From the NCBI GenBank assembly GCA_964457955.1, contig CAYWEY010000007.1, positions 8,783-40,782 on the forward strand: 32,000 bases of DNA, in the 5' to 3' direction. This stretch comes from Candidatus Woesearchaeota archaeon. GTDB taxonomy: Archaea; Nanobdellota; Nanobdellia; Tiddalikarchaeales; Tiddalikarchaeaceae. Each line of letters opens with the position of its first letter. Position 1 is the stretch's first letter. The position numbers and the translations under genes are program-made. Of this stretch, positions 23,036 to 31,998 are shown in pieces. A model generated the notes under the pieces. The model made no database searches and was not told the DNA's origin. It was given only the letters and a program-made list of their open reading frames with translations.

Positions 23036-23278
23036 TTATTTACTCTTTTTATTCTCCAAAACTTTATCTATTGCTATTTTGTTAAAACCAACAATAATCT
23101 CTCCATCAATATCAGTTACTGGCACACCCATCTGCCCGCTTTTCTCAATCATTTCATGAGCTTTCTCATCATCCTCACTCACATCGTATTCTGTAAAATC
23201 TATATTCTTGGACTTAAGATATTTCTTTACTTTTTTACAATAAGGACACGTTGGTGTTGAATAAACAATAACTTCCAT
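23036..23278 (-). CDS. Glutaredoxin-like / NrdH-like small redoxin
   Basis: 80 aa. VIVYSTPTCPYCKKVKKYL (CPYC active site), GVPVT...GFN. Lies 29 nt upstream of the TrxR-like gene on the same strand. Confidence 0.9.
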   Translation of the reverse strand: MEVIVYSTPTCPYCKKVKKYLKSKNIDFTEYDVSEDDEKAHEMIEKSGQMGVPVTDIDGEIIVGFNKIAIDKVLENKKSK

Positions 23279-23342
23279 AATAAAAGAATATTTTCCTATC
23301 TTTTAATAAGTTTTTTATACTAATAACTTTAATCAATTCTTG

Positions 23343-24698
23343 ATGAAAAAACATTTCATTAAAAGAGAATTAGATAAGAATAATAAGTTCGGCCAGAAAA
23401 CAATATATTATCACAGCCTGGATGAAATAATACGAATAGGAGAATCATTGCATGGTATTAAGCCTGATAAGAAGTATTTGGATTTCAATGAAAAGTACAA
23501 ATACACTCCTAAAATGAAGTATTCCCCCCTACAGCCTGAACCTTCCTGCGAGCCGAGCAGGACTTACCCATACCATGATGTATTATTCCATACTTTCGCT
23601 ATTAAGAAAGATGAAACTATGATAATAACTAGTCCAACAAGTGCTTTAAAAGCAGGATTAATGATAAAGAGTGAAGATGAGATTAAAAAAATATTATACT
23701 CTGATGATGAAGAAGGTTTTGAATTGATTAAGAAAAGAGTCAGGGAAGCGGGAGACAAGAACTTGTTCAGTGAAGCTTTTGTTGAAGGACTCTTGTGTTA
23801 TAATGCAGGAACTTATAAAGTCAGCAGTAAGAGTGAGGAAACACTTGATAAAATTATTATGGAGTTTAATGATGATAAGAGTGACGTGATTATTAAAAAA
23901 GAAACCAGTCCTAAACTATATGATTTGGCAGGCAAGCAGCCTTTAAGGAAGATTCCCTTAACCCAGGAATTTTTTATTCCTGAATCGCATGACATATTCG
24001 GTAACTGTTATCTTAATAAGATGTCAAAAATAAAATATGAATGGTTAAGAATACAGATTTACTGCCATCACTGGCTTACAGTTCTCTACGCGTTGAAGCA
24101 CGGGAATGAAAGAATAGGTGTGAAAGGAGCTGATTATGCATCAAACATTATTATTCCTTTTGAAGACATTATTAGTATGAAGAATCCGGAAATTGTCAGG
24201 ACTGCTCTTGAGATGAATTATTTCAAAAACACTGATTTTCCTAATCCTTCATTTGCAAGAAAAGAAGAATTACTTAATTGTCATGTTGATGCATGGTTGC
24301 TTAATTTTCCTGAAGAAATTCATCCTCCCGAAATAAATGATGTTATGAAGAAATACGCCTTAAGTGATTATCAAAGGAAAGAAAAGACTGCAAGAATATG
24401 GGGTTTGTACAAGATTCATCCAGAAATAGTTAAGCACTGGAAAAAAGTTATTAATTTAATGAGTCTTAATGACTTGAAACAAGAAGTTCAGGATTTAAGT
24501 AAAGAAGAATTACAGGAATATTTTTATAATAAAGCCAGAGATAAAAAATTTCTTAAAAAAACTCAGACAATAAATTCATCAAAATATTACAGTGTTGATG
24601 CAGACTCTGTGAAGACACCTTTAAGAATTGCAAGAAAAGATGATGTATTATTTTATGACGGATGGCCTTATAAGAACAGGAAATTAACAACTCCTTGA
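23343..24698 (+). CDS. Hypothetical protein (about 451 aa), no family recognised
   Basis: Long clean ORF. The track start at 23340 is TTG, immediately followed by an ATG at 23343. No catalytic motif I can name. Its 3' end overlaps the convergent surface-protein gene by 15 nt. Confidence 0.7.
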   Translation: MKKHFIKRELDKNNKFGQKTIYYHSLDEIIRIGESLHGIKPDKKYLDFNEKYKYTPKMKYSPLQPEPSCEPSRTYPYHDVLFHTFAIKKDETMIITSPTSALKAGLMIKSEDEIKKILYSDDEEGFELIKKRVREAGDKNLFSEAFVEGLLCYNAGTYKVSSKSEETLDKIIMEFNDDKSDVIIKKETSPKLYDLAGKQPLRKIPLTQEFFIPESHDIFGNCYLNKMSKIKYEWLRIQIYCHHWLTVLYALKHGNERIGVKGADYASNIIIPFEDIISMKNPEIVRTALEMNYFKNTDFPNPSFARKEELLNCHVDAWLLNFPEEIHPPEINDVMKKYALSDYQRKEKTARIWGLYKIHPEIVKHWKKVINLMSLNDLKQEVQDLSKEELQEYFYNKARDKKFLKKTQTINSSKYYSVDADSVKTPLRIARKDDVLFYDGWPYKNRKLTTP

Positions 24699-25814
24699 AC
24701 ATGTTGTTGTTGAAACAGCATAATCACATCCTTCAGGAACAAATTTTTCATTATCATCACAATTATTTAAGTCAGTGCATTCTCTTGTCTGAACACCATT
24801 AATGCATTCACTCCAACTTGTACAGCTCCACTGAGGATAACAAGGAGCGCACCGAATAACTGTTTTAGGAGCATCCTCAACCTGGTTGCATTCATTCCTG
24901 TCATAACATTCTTTTGTCTGTGTATGATTAATGCAATCACTCCCTTCCGTACATATCCAATCAGGATTACATAATATTCCTGGATTAAGTATTTCATCAA
25001 TATCCGGGCAGGACTGGTTGATGAAGTATTTTCCACATTTGCTTATTTGATTAGCATAATTATCGTACTCATTTTTTGTTACTCCACTCCAAGGGTCTTC
25101 AGGGATTGAGCATAAATACCATTTATAACAATATTTTTCCCTAATTTCTTCACTGCTCCTGTTAATGTAATACTTATTTATTGTTTGTTCAGTATTGAGA
25201 AGACAATTATCACACCTAGTCATATACTTGTACTGGGTTTCTCTTTCGCATTCATACACGCAGTTCTCTCTACATTCAATAGTATTGCAGGATTGGTTGC
25301 ATTTTTCAAAACAAGACCATGGTTCAGAAACATCCACTTCTTCAATCACTGTCTCATTCACTGAAGGCTCTTCCATTAAATCAATTAATGCTTCTGTAGA
25401 ATTATCATAATTAACAAAATAAGTATTATTTTCATAAAATATTTCAATTATTGTGTAAGTAGTGTTAATCGAATAATTTCCGGATTCTTCATCATAAGTG
25501 ACTGTTTCATTAGTTCCTAAAGGCATGGTTCTTAAACTCCCGCTCTTATTTGTGATGTAATAATATATCTGGGTTGATTCATTATAGTATATTGCTTCAT
25601 TCTTTTCTGAAACTTCTTCCAAAACACCACCATCATCAGTAATCACTATCCCACCATCATTATTTGTTAAATCGGGAGTGATTCCTTCACCACTTGTTAT
25701 GTTCTGATTATTAATATCTTCTTTCTGAAAAATTATGAAAAAAATTATTCCAATAACTATTAATAATACCAGTATTAATGATATTAATAATATTAACAAA
25801 GTGTTTCTTTTCAT
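24684..25814 (-). CDS. Membrane-anchored, sequon-rich, Cys-rich surface protein with two TSR-like Cys repeats
   Basis: N-terminal signal-anchor MKRNTLLILLISLILVLLIVIGIIFFIIF. I count 13 N-x-S/T sequons. Cys-rich C-terminal half. I use the ATG at 25814 (ATGA overlap with the aIF5B stop) rather than the TTG at 25826. Confidence 0.8.
   Translation of the reverse strand: MKRNTLLILLISLILVLLIVIGIIFFIIFQKEDINNQNITSGEGITPDLTNNDGGIVITDDGGVLEEVSEKNEAIYYNESTQIYYYITNKSGSLRTMPLGTNETVTYDEESGNYSINTTYTIIEIFYENNTYFVNYDNSTEALIDLMEEPSVNETVIEEVDVSEPWSCFEKCNQSCNTIECRENCVYECERETQYKYMTRCDNCLLNTEQTINKYYINRSSEEIREKYCYKWYLCSIPEDPWSGVTKNEYDNYANQISKCGKYFINQSCPDIDEILNPGILCNPDWICTEGSDCINHTQTKECYDRNECNQVEDAPKTVIRCAPCYPQWSCTSWSECINGVQTRECTDLNNCDDNEKFVPEGCDYAVSTTTCSRSC
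24726..24971 (-). repeat. Two tandem ~40-aa cysteine repeats (protein level) of pattern C-x3-W-x-C-x5-C-x-N/G-x-Q-T-R/K-E-C-x-D-x-N-x-C
   Basis: Repeat 1 is CNPDWICTEGSDCINHTQTKECYDRNECNQVEDAPKTVIRC (residues 286-326 from the TTG-based numbering). Repeat 2 is CYPQWSCTSWSECINGVQTRECTDLNNCDDNEKFVPEGC (residues 329-367). Confidence 0.65.
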
Positions 25815-27592
25815 CCCATTCCCCAAGCAAAATTTTTTTTCCTCTTAATCTTCATCACTTCCTGAACAACAGAGAGTTCGTTTTCAGTCATATAATTTCT
25901 TAGTTTTTTTTTAATTTTAAGAAACTCTTTCTCAGGAAGACTGGAGTAAAGAATTTCTCCGCCAGTAAAATCTTTTTCATAAACAGCATTCTTTATACTG
26001 CAGGCAAGTCTTTCGCCTGCAATTGCACTTTTTTTTGTCACTCCCTGCTCTTCCAGTTTCTTGACTCTTCCAATAATGTCTCCAGCTGAGTTCATGAGTA
26101 TAGTCCCGCTTGTTATTTTTCCCATAATTACTTCTACACCAACAACAGCAGGATTACTTTTTCTGAAAACAAAGTCTCCAAGCACTCTTATTTTGCATGG
26201 CTGCATGATTTTTTTAAGCTCTTCTTTCTTCTTTTTCTCCATTTCAGTATTCTTCCACTTTTTGTATTCTTCAAGAAGTTCGTATATTATTTTTGAATTA
26301 ATGAATTTTATGCCTTCACTTTTTCCTAATTTTTCAGCATCTTCATGAATATTTACGTTAAAACCCATAATTACTCCAAGATACTGGTTTTGTTCTTTAC
26401 TCCTCACAGCATTCATGACATTTTTTTTATTAATATTACCTATTTTTGCCTTACTTATTTTGATACCATGATTCTTCATGAAAGCTGTTATTGCTTCAAG
26501 GCTTCCCAGACTGTCTGCTTTTAGAACAATACCTTCTTTCTCAGTTTCTATTATTGTTTCGCTCATCTCTTCCTTCATCTCTTCTGCTAATTTTTTAGCT
26601 TCACTCATTGAATCAGCACTTCTTACAGGCATGCCTGGAACAGCATTCTCAAGATTAGGTGCATTAATCTTAATCCCTGTTGCAGCAGCAACTTTTTTAA
26701 TCTGTTTAAACTTGCACTGCTTGTCTCTTATTTCCTGCAATGGAAACGGTTTCAATAATGCTCTTATTCTTGTTATTATTGGTTCAGGAATGCTTCCAAC
26801 AACCAAGTACTGGTTTTTTTTCATAATGCCGTCATAAATTATAATATCTATTGTTGTACCCATGCCTTTTGTTTTCTTAACTTCAAGAATATTACCTTTT
26901 GCTTTCCCTGTTGTTGTTTTAAGTTCTTCACCTAAGTATTTCTGGGACAAACCGCTTATAAGCATTAGTAACTCACTTACTCCTTCACCCGTTTTAGCAC
27001 TGCAGGGTATGATAGCAACTTTTTCCTTATAATCCTTAATCTTGTTATAAATATCGCAATCAATATTGTAATTTCCTAAACCAACCATTATATCATACAT
27101 CTTGTTCTGCAAATATTCTTTTATATTTGATGATTGTTCTTTTATTGACTCATGAAAACACAATGTTTTTTTAGCCCTCCAACCAGGAATTAAATCTATC
27201 TTATTTGCAGCTATGATGAAAGGAACCTTAAAATGTTTAAGAATTTCAATACTTTCTCTTGTCTGGGTCTGTATTCCCTGAGTAATGTCAATAACTAATA
27301 CTGCAAGGTCTGCTATGCTTCCTCCTCTCTTCCTTAAATTAGTGAAAGCTTCGTGGCCTGGAGTGTCAATCGCCAATACTCCTGGAATATTCAGCTGGAT
27401 ATCTAATTTTTTTAATAATTCTCCGCATATCTGGTTAATTTTTGGTGAAGGAATTTCTGTAGCACCTATGCACTGGGTTATTCCTCCCGGCTCTTTTTTC
27501 TGCACAACACTCTCCCTTATCTTATCCAGTAAACTGCTTTTCCCGTGATCAACATGCCCTACAAACACGATTATTGGGCTTCTGCGGCTCAT
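25811..27592 (-). CDS. infB: Translation initiation factor aIF5B (IF-2 family GTPase)
   Basis: G1 VGHVDHGKSSLLD, G3 DTPGHEAF, G4 AANKIDL. 593 aa, typical archaeal length and domain order. Confidence 0.95.
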   Translation of the reverse strand: MSRRSPIIVFVGHVDHGKSSLLDKIRESVVQKKEPGGITQCIGATEIPSPKINQICGELLKKLDIQLNIPGVLAIDTPGHEAFTNLRKRGGSIADLAVLVIDITQGIQTQTRESIEILKHFKVPFIIAANKIDLIPGWRAKKTLCFHESIKEQSSNIKEYLQNKMYDIMVGLGNYNIDCDIYNKIKDYKEKVAIIPCSAKTGEGVSELLMLISGLSQKYLGEELKTTTGKAKGNILEVKKTKGMGTTIDIIIYDGIMKKNQYLVVGSIPEPIITRIRALLKPFPLQEIRDKQCKFKQIKKVAAATGIKINAPNLENAVPGMPVRSADSMSEAKKLAEEMKEEMSETIIETEKEGIVLKADSLGSLEAITAFMKNHGIKISKAKIGNINKKNVMNAVRSKEQNQYLGVIMGFNVNIHEDAEKLGKSEGIKFINSKIIYELLEEYKKWKNTEMEKKKKEELKKIMQPCKIRVLGDFVFRKSNPAVVGVEVIMGKITSGTILMNSAGDIIGRVKKLEEQGVTKKSAIAGERLACSIKNAVYEKDFTGGEILYSSLPEKEFLKIKKKLRNYMTENELSVVQEVMKIKRKKNFAWGMG

Positions 27593-27647
27593 AATTTATT
27601 ATAATGATAAGTAACTTTTTAAATTTTACATTTAATAACTAGTGTTA

Positions 27648-28634
27648 ATGAATCCTGTTATAAGCACTACTAATCTGAAAAAAAAGTATAAAGTGAACCG
27701 CAGAGAGGCAGGTTTTTTTAATAGTGTTAAGAATTTTTTATTCAGGAAATACGAGATTAAGAAAGCTGTTAAGGGAATCAGCTTTGATATTATGCCTGGT
27801 GAAAGAGTTGGTTTTGTCGGTCCAAATGGTGCGGGAAAGAGCACCACTGTTAAAATGTTAACAGGGATTCTTAAACCAACAAAAGGAGTTGTCAGAGTTC
27901 TTGGTAATAATCCTTTCAAGAACAGGAACAAGATTGTTAAAAGAATAAGCGTGATTTTCGGACAGAAAGGAAACTTGTGGTGGGATATTCCTGCAATAGA
28001 TACTTATTACTTGTTTAAGGAAATGTATAATATTCCTGAAAAAGAATTTCATAAAAGACTGAGGATTGTAAGAAATCGTCTTGGTATTAAGAAGTATTTG
28101 AATCAACCAGTGCGTAAACTAAGTCTTGGTGAGAGGATGAGATGCGAGCTCGGACTTATTTTTTTACATAATCCTGAAATAATCTTTCTTGATGAACCAA
28201 CAATTGGTGTTGACGTTGTTGGTAAGAAGAAAATAAGGGACTTCTTTAAAGAAATTAATAAAGAATATAATACAACCATACTCTTAACCAGTCATGACAT
28301 GGTTGATGTTGAAAAAATATGCGAAAGAGTTATTATAATAAATGAAGGAGAACTATTATATGATGGAAGCATTAATGATTTTAAAAAAAAATATATGACT
28401 CACAGAGTTATTGAACTCACTTTCAAGAAAAAAATAGGTTATAAAACTCTTTATGGAAAAAAAGTTATAAAGAGCAAGGGAAGGATTTGCAAGGTTGCTA
28501 TTCCTAAAAAAGAGAGTATGAGCCTCTTTTTGCGTAAAGTACTGCATCATTATGATATTGAGGATGTTAAGATTCTTGAATCAGATGTCACAGAACTCAT
28601 TAGAAAAATTTTTGAAAAAGGAGAGAAAAAATGA
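27648..28634 (+). CDS. ABC transporter ATP-binding protein (COG4586-like, uncharacterised ABC-2 system)
   Basis: Walker A GPNGAGKST, variant signature LSLGERMRCEL, Walker B IIFLDEPTIGVD, H-loop LTSHD. I prefer the ATG at 27648 over the GTG at 27642. Confidence 0.9.
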   Translation: MNPVISTTNLKKKYKVNRREAGFFNSVKNFLFRKYEIKKAVKGISFDIMPGERVGFVGPNGAGKSTTVKMLTGILKPTKGVVRVLGNNPFKNRNKIVKRISVIFGQKGNLWWDIPAIDTYYLFKEMYNIPEKEFHKRLRIVRNRLGIKKYLNQPVRKLSLGERMRCELGLIFLHNPEIIFLDEPTIGVDVVGKKKIRDFFKEINKEYNTTILLTSHDMVDVEKICERVIIINEGELLYDGSINDFKKKYMTHRVIELTFKKKIGYKTLYGKKVIKSKGRICKVAIPKKESMSLFLRKVLHHYDIEDVKILESDVTELIRKIFEKGEKK

Positions 28635-29425
28635 GTGTTGGTTTTGAACTTCTTAAAATGGGTTTTAAGAAAAGAATGAAGTACAGGCTTGATTTCCTGC
28701 TAGACATCTTGCTCATACCTTTCACTTTCTTAATAACTTATTTTGTATGGACAGCACTTTATGAATATAATGCAGTCAGCACTATCAAAGACTTCACACT
28801 TAATCAAACCCTTACTTATTATGCAATCAGCACTATCCTGATATGGGTTACGGGAACAAACCTGGTGCAGCAGGTTGGGCATATTATAACAAGAGGAGAG
28901 TTCGCAAGATACACAATCTTCCCTATTAGTTTTTTTGAATACAATTTTTTGAAAACAGTTGGTGAAAAAATTCCTGGAACAATAATAAGAATCCCCATAT
29001 TTTTTGTTTCTTTTGTTTATTTTTTTAAAATAAGTGTTAATACCAATATATTTCAGATAATTCTTTTCATTATTAGCTGTATTCTTAGTTTTGTATTATT
29101 ATTCACATTCACATACTTGATGTCGCTCCTATCATTCTGGGAGGAGGCTTACTGGAGTCTTAACATGCTTGTATGGGCTTTTTTAGGTTTTTTCAGCGGT
29201 TCATTAATACCTCTTGATTTTTATCCTTCTTTTCTTAGTTTTGTTAAATACCTGCCTTTTAAATACATAAATTATTCTCCTGTAATGATTTATATGGGCA
29301 GAATGAGTCTGGAGCAGACACTTATGGTTTTTTTTAATCAAATAATATTTATCATCATTTTTTATTATTTGGCAAAAATTGTTTTTAATAAAGGAAGAAG
29401 CAAGTTCACTAGTCAGGGGGGATGA
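28631..29425 (+). CDS. ABC-2 family permease (COG4587-like)
   Basis: Polytopic membrane protein with an ATGA overlap to the ATPase gene. N-terminal KKRMKYRLDFLLDILLIPF is typical of this permease family. Confidence 0.8.
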   Translation: MSVGFELLKMGFKKRMKYRLDFLLDILLIPFTFLITYFVWTALYEYNAVSTIKDFTLNQTLTYYAISTILIWVTGTNLVQQVGHIITRGEFARYTIFPISFFEYNFLKTVGEKIPGTIIRIPIFFVSFVYFFKISVNTNIFQIILFIISCILSFVLLFTFTYLMSLLSFWEEAYWSLNMLVWAFLGFFSGSLIPLDFYPSFLSFVKYLPFKYINYSPVMIYMGRMSLEQTLMVFFNQIIFIIIFYYLAKIVFNKGRSKFTSQGG

Positions 29426-29426
29426 A

Positions 29427-30209
29427 ATGGGTTTAATTAAATACATTATTAAGAATGTTACGATGCAGTTAAGTTCAAAAGCAGAGTATCGGGGCAATTT
29501 ACTGCTCTTCTTCTTTCTTGCAGTTTTGCTTCAGTTCACAACTGTTTTCATAACTTATAGTGTTGTAAACATTACTGATAATGGTTTTCCAGAATGGGAT
29601 TTTTATGAAATAGTCTTATTAATAGGTGTTTTTTCATTAGGCAAAGGAATCTATGATATGTTCTTTCATCATATTAAACACATATCATGGTATATTCATG
29701 AAGGACACTTGGATAATATGCTTGTTAAACCATTTCATCCAATTCTTCAAATGATTGATTTCAATATTTACGAAGTATTCCATATTATAGGTGCATTCAT
29801 AATGTTCTTTATCTGCATTCCTAATATCGATATTGATTTCAGTATTAATATTTTTTTCAAATTTTTACTCTTATTAATCACTAGTTTTTTCGCTGTATTC
29901 AGCACCCATTTAATTGCAGGAACAACTGGTTTCTGGATTGTAAAGAACGGGAGTATTGTATGGGCTTTGGAAAAAATTGTACGCGACTTCAGCAAGTGGC
30001 CTATGAACTTGTATGACAAGAAATTGTTATATGTTTTCTCATTCATATTCCCAGTTGCTTTAGTGAATTATTTTCCTACAAGCATACTATTAGGCAAGAA
30101 TCTGGATTGGTGGGTTTGGTTGACGCCAGTATGGGGAATAATTTATTTTTTATTAAGCATTGTTTTTTTTAATTATGGATTATCCAATTATTCCAGTACT
30201 GGGACTTGA
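29427..30209 (+). CDS. ABC-2 family permease, second subunit (COG3694-like)
   Basis: Polytopic membrane protein. The ATG at 29427 lies 1 nt after the upstream stop and is preceded by GGGGGGAT. The track start at 29379 would overlap the upstream gene by 47 nt. Confidence 0.8.
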   Translation: MGLIKYIIKNVTMQLSSKAEYRGNLLLFFFLAVLLQFTTVFITYSVVNITDNGFPEWDFYEIVLLIGVFSLGKGIYDMFFHHIKHISWYIHEGHLDNMLVKPFHPILQMIDFNIYEVFHIIGAFIMFFICIPNIDIDFSINIFFKFLLLLITSFFAVFSTHLIAGTTGFWIVKNGSIVWALEKIVRDFSKWPMNLYDKKLLYVFSFIFPVALVNYFPTSILLGKNLDWWVWLTPVWGIIYFLLSIVFFNYGLSNYSSTGT

Positions 30210-30247
30210 AAAGTTTTTTAAACATTTATTTTTTTTCTTAAATAAGA

Positions 30248-31645
30248 ATGAACAATAATATTTTATTAATTAATCCTGCACAAAGTTTTAAAAAAAGTTC
30301 TTTTGAGGATGAAAGGAAATGGGTTCCTCCTCTAGGCTTACTTTACCTTAATGAGTACTTGTTGCGTGCTGGTTTTAATTCTATTGTTCTGGATATGGAT
30401 TCAGGAGAATATTCTCTTAATGAATTATTAAATTTTATTCGGGAAAAAAATATTAGTGTTGTTGGAATAACTGTTTATACAAGAACAAGGAAGATGGCGT
30501 ATTATTTGTCAAAAAAGATTAAGCAGGAATTCCCAAACATTTATATTATGTTTGGAGGTGCTCACTGCACTATTTTCCCGGAAGATGCAAGAAAGAATTC
30601 AGAAGCTGATGTTATAGTCAGGAATGAAGCTGAATTAGAAATAGTTGATATTGTGAAGAATCGTAAAAAAGGAATTATTAACTGCAAATCTCCTTCTGAT
30701 TTGAACAAAGTTCATTTTCCGCGTAGAAATATTGATTTCTTGTCAGGAAATTATGGGAATGTTCTGGATATTAAGGTTTCAAAAAATCCTGCACCTTTAT
30801 CATCCAGCAGGGGTTGTCCTTTTAACTGCAGTTTTTGTTCAAGAGTGGATTTACTTAAGTTCAGGAAAAGACGTCCAGAGAATGTGGTTAAAGAGATTAA
30901 GCAATTATACGAGCAGGGTTATGACTGCATCATATTCACTGATGATAATTTCAGCACTATTCCCAAACGTGCAATGAAGATAGCTCGTTTAGTTAAGGAG
31001 AATAATATTGAAATGGATTTTGTTTTTCAGGGAAGAGTGAATACTGATGAAGATTTCTGGAAAACAATGAGTTCTGCAGGTTTTAATATTGTTTGTATAG
31101 GAATAGAGCATATTAAGCCCGAAATTATCAAATATTTTAATAAATACCATGATCCCAGTAAATGGAGAGAAAAAGTTGCAGAAACTTTTGAATTAATAAA
31201 CAAACATAATGTTCTTGCAGTAGGTTCTTTTATTCTCGGAGCACCCATGGAGACAAGAGAGGATGCTTTTGAATTAATCAATTTTCTGGATGAACAGAAT
31301 GTTGATTTTAAAAGCGGGAATGAATTATTGTATTCTTATGGAACCAAATTATGGAATGATGCAGTCAAACAAGGATTATTCTCTCCAAATATTATGCATA
31401 TGCCTGTTTCCAGGATTTATCCTGAGAAGAAGGAGTACTTGAATGAAGTCTTTGATATTGTCTGGAAAAAAAATATTAAGGGAGTTCCAAGAATACTTAA
31501 AAAACTTTTTTTTGGAACAAAGAAAGACAAGATTACTCCTATCTTATCTATGTCAAAACTATTTTTGAAAAAGTGGAAAAATATGTTTTTTAATCCTCCA
31601 GTAAGAGGTTATGGCAGGAAAGAAGAGTTTGATTTTACTTCTTAA
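30248..31645 (+). CDS. B12-binding-domain radical SAM protein (class B type)
   Basis: N-terminal B12-binding-like domain (ILLINPA...VVGITVYTRT...IMFGGAHCTIFPED), followed by the radical SAM cluster motif SSSRGCPFNCSFCS. Confidence 0.9.
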   Translation: MNNNILLINPAQSFKKSSFEDERKWVPPLGLLYLNEYLLRAGFNSIVLDMDSGEYSLNELLNFIREKNISVVGITVYTRTRKMAYYLSKKIKQEFPNIYIMFGGAHCTIFPEDARKNSEADVIVRNEAELEIVDIVKNRKKGIINCKSPSDLNKVHFPRRNIDFLSGNYGNVLDIKVSKNPAPLSSSRGCPFNCSFCSRVDLLKFRKRRPENVVKEIKQLYEQGYDCIIFTDDNFSTIPKRAMKIARLVKENNIEMDFVFQGRVNTDEDFWKTMSSAGFNIVCIGIEHIKPEIIKYFNKYHDPSKWREKVAETFELINKHNVLAVGSFILGAPMETREDAFELINFLDEQNVDFKSGNELLYSYGTKLWNDAVKQGLFSPNIMHMPVSRIYPEKKEYLNEVFDIVWKKNIKGVPRILKKLFFGTKKDKITPILSMSKLFLKKWKNMFFNPPVRGYGRKEEFDFTS

Positions 31646-31865
31646 TTATTTCTAGTTCAAAACCATTACTCTCAGCCGTTTTTTCTAGTGTTTTGCTGAG
31701 TTTTTCCAAGTTTTTTTCATCAATATCAATTATGAAAGACATTTCTGTAGTTATTTCTGATAATGGTTCAGTATTGTATTCCTGTATTTTTTTAGTGATT
31801 TCTTTCTCTAATTTTTTCAAATCCTTTTTCTTCTCTCTTTTTGTAAAAACAATCATTACTTCCAT
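31635..31865 (-). CDS. Hypothetical small acidic/basic protein (76 aa)
   Basis: ATG-started ORF with GTTTATAAAAG centred about 27 nt upstream on its strand. Its 3' end overlaps the radical SAM gene by 11 nt. No family recognised. Confidence 0.5.
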   Translation of the reverse strand: MEVMIVFTKREKKKDLKKLEKEITKKIQEYNTEPLSEITTEMSFIIDIDEKNLEKLSKTLEKTAESNGFELEIIKK

Positions 31866-31899
31866 AAGATACTAAAATATTTTTTTCTTTTATAAACTT

Positions 31900-31998
31900 T
31901 TAGAAAAGTACAAAAAAATCTTTTGTTTTTCTTCCACTTCCTGTTTTCTGAATTATTGTCCTGAAACTTTTCTTTTCAGCCTCTTGTTTCAATATCTT
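31900..31998 (-). CDS. Possible 3' end of a gene extending beyond the right window edge (very tentative)
   Basis: My own translation of the minus strand gives ...KILKQEAEKKSFRTIIQKTGSGRKTKDFFVLF*, with the stop at 31900-31902. Only 32 codons are visible, which could be open by chance. Confidence 0.2.
   Translation of the reverse strand, partial: KILKQEAEKKSFRTIIQKTGSGRKTKDFFVLF

Noticed and set aside
24684-25826. Diversity-generating retroelement target (a Cys-rich C-terminal variable protein, as reported in DPANN and CPR)
   Set aside because: The window has no reverse transcriptase ORF (no YxDD-type motif seen). No template/variable nucleotide repeat pair exists either, because the two Cys repeats are diverged protein-level repeats rather than near-identical DNA copies.
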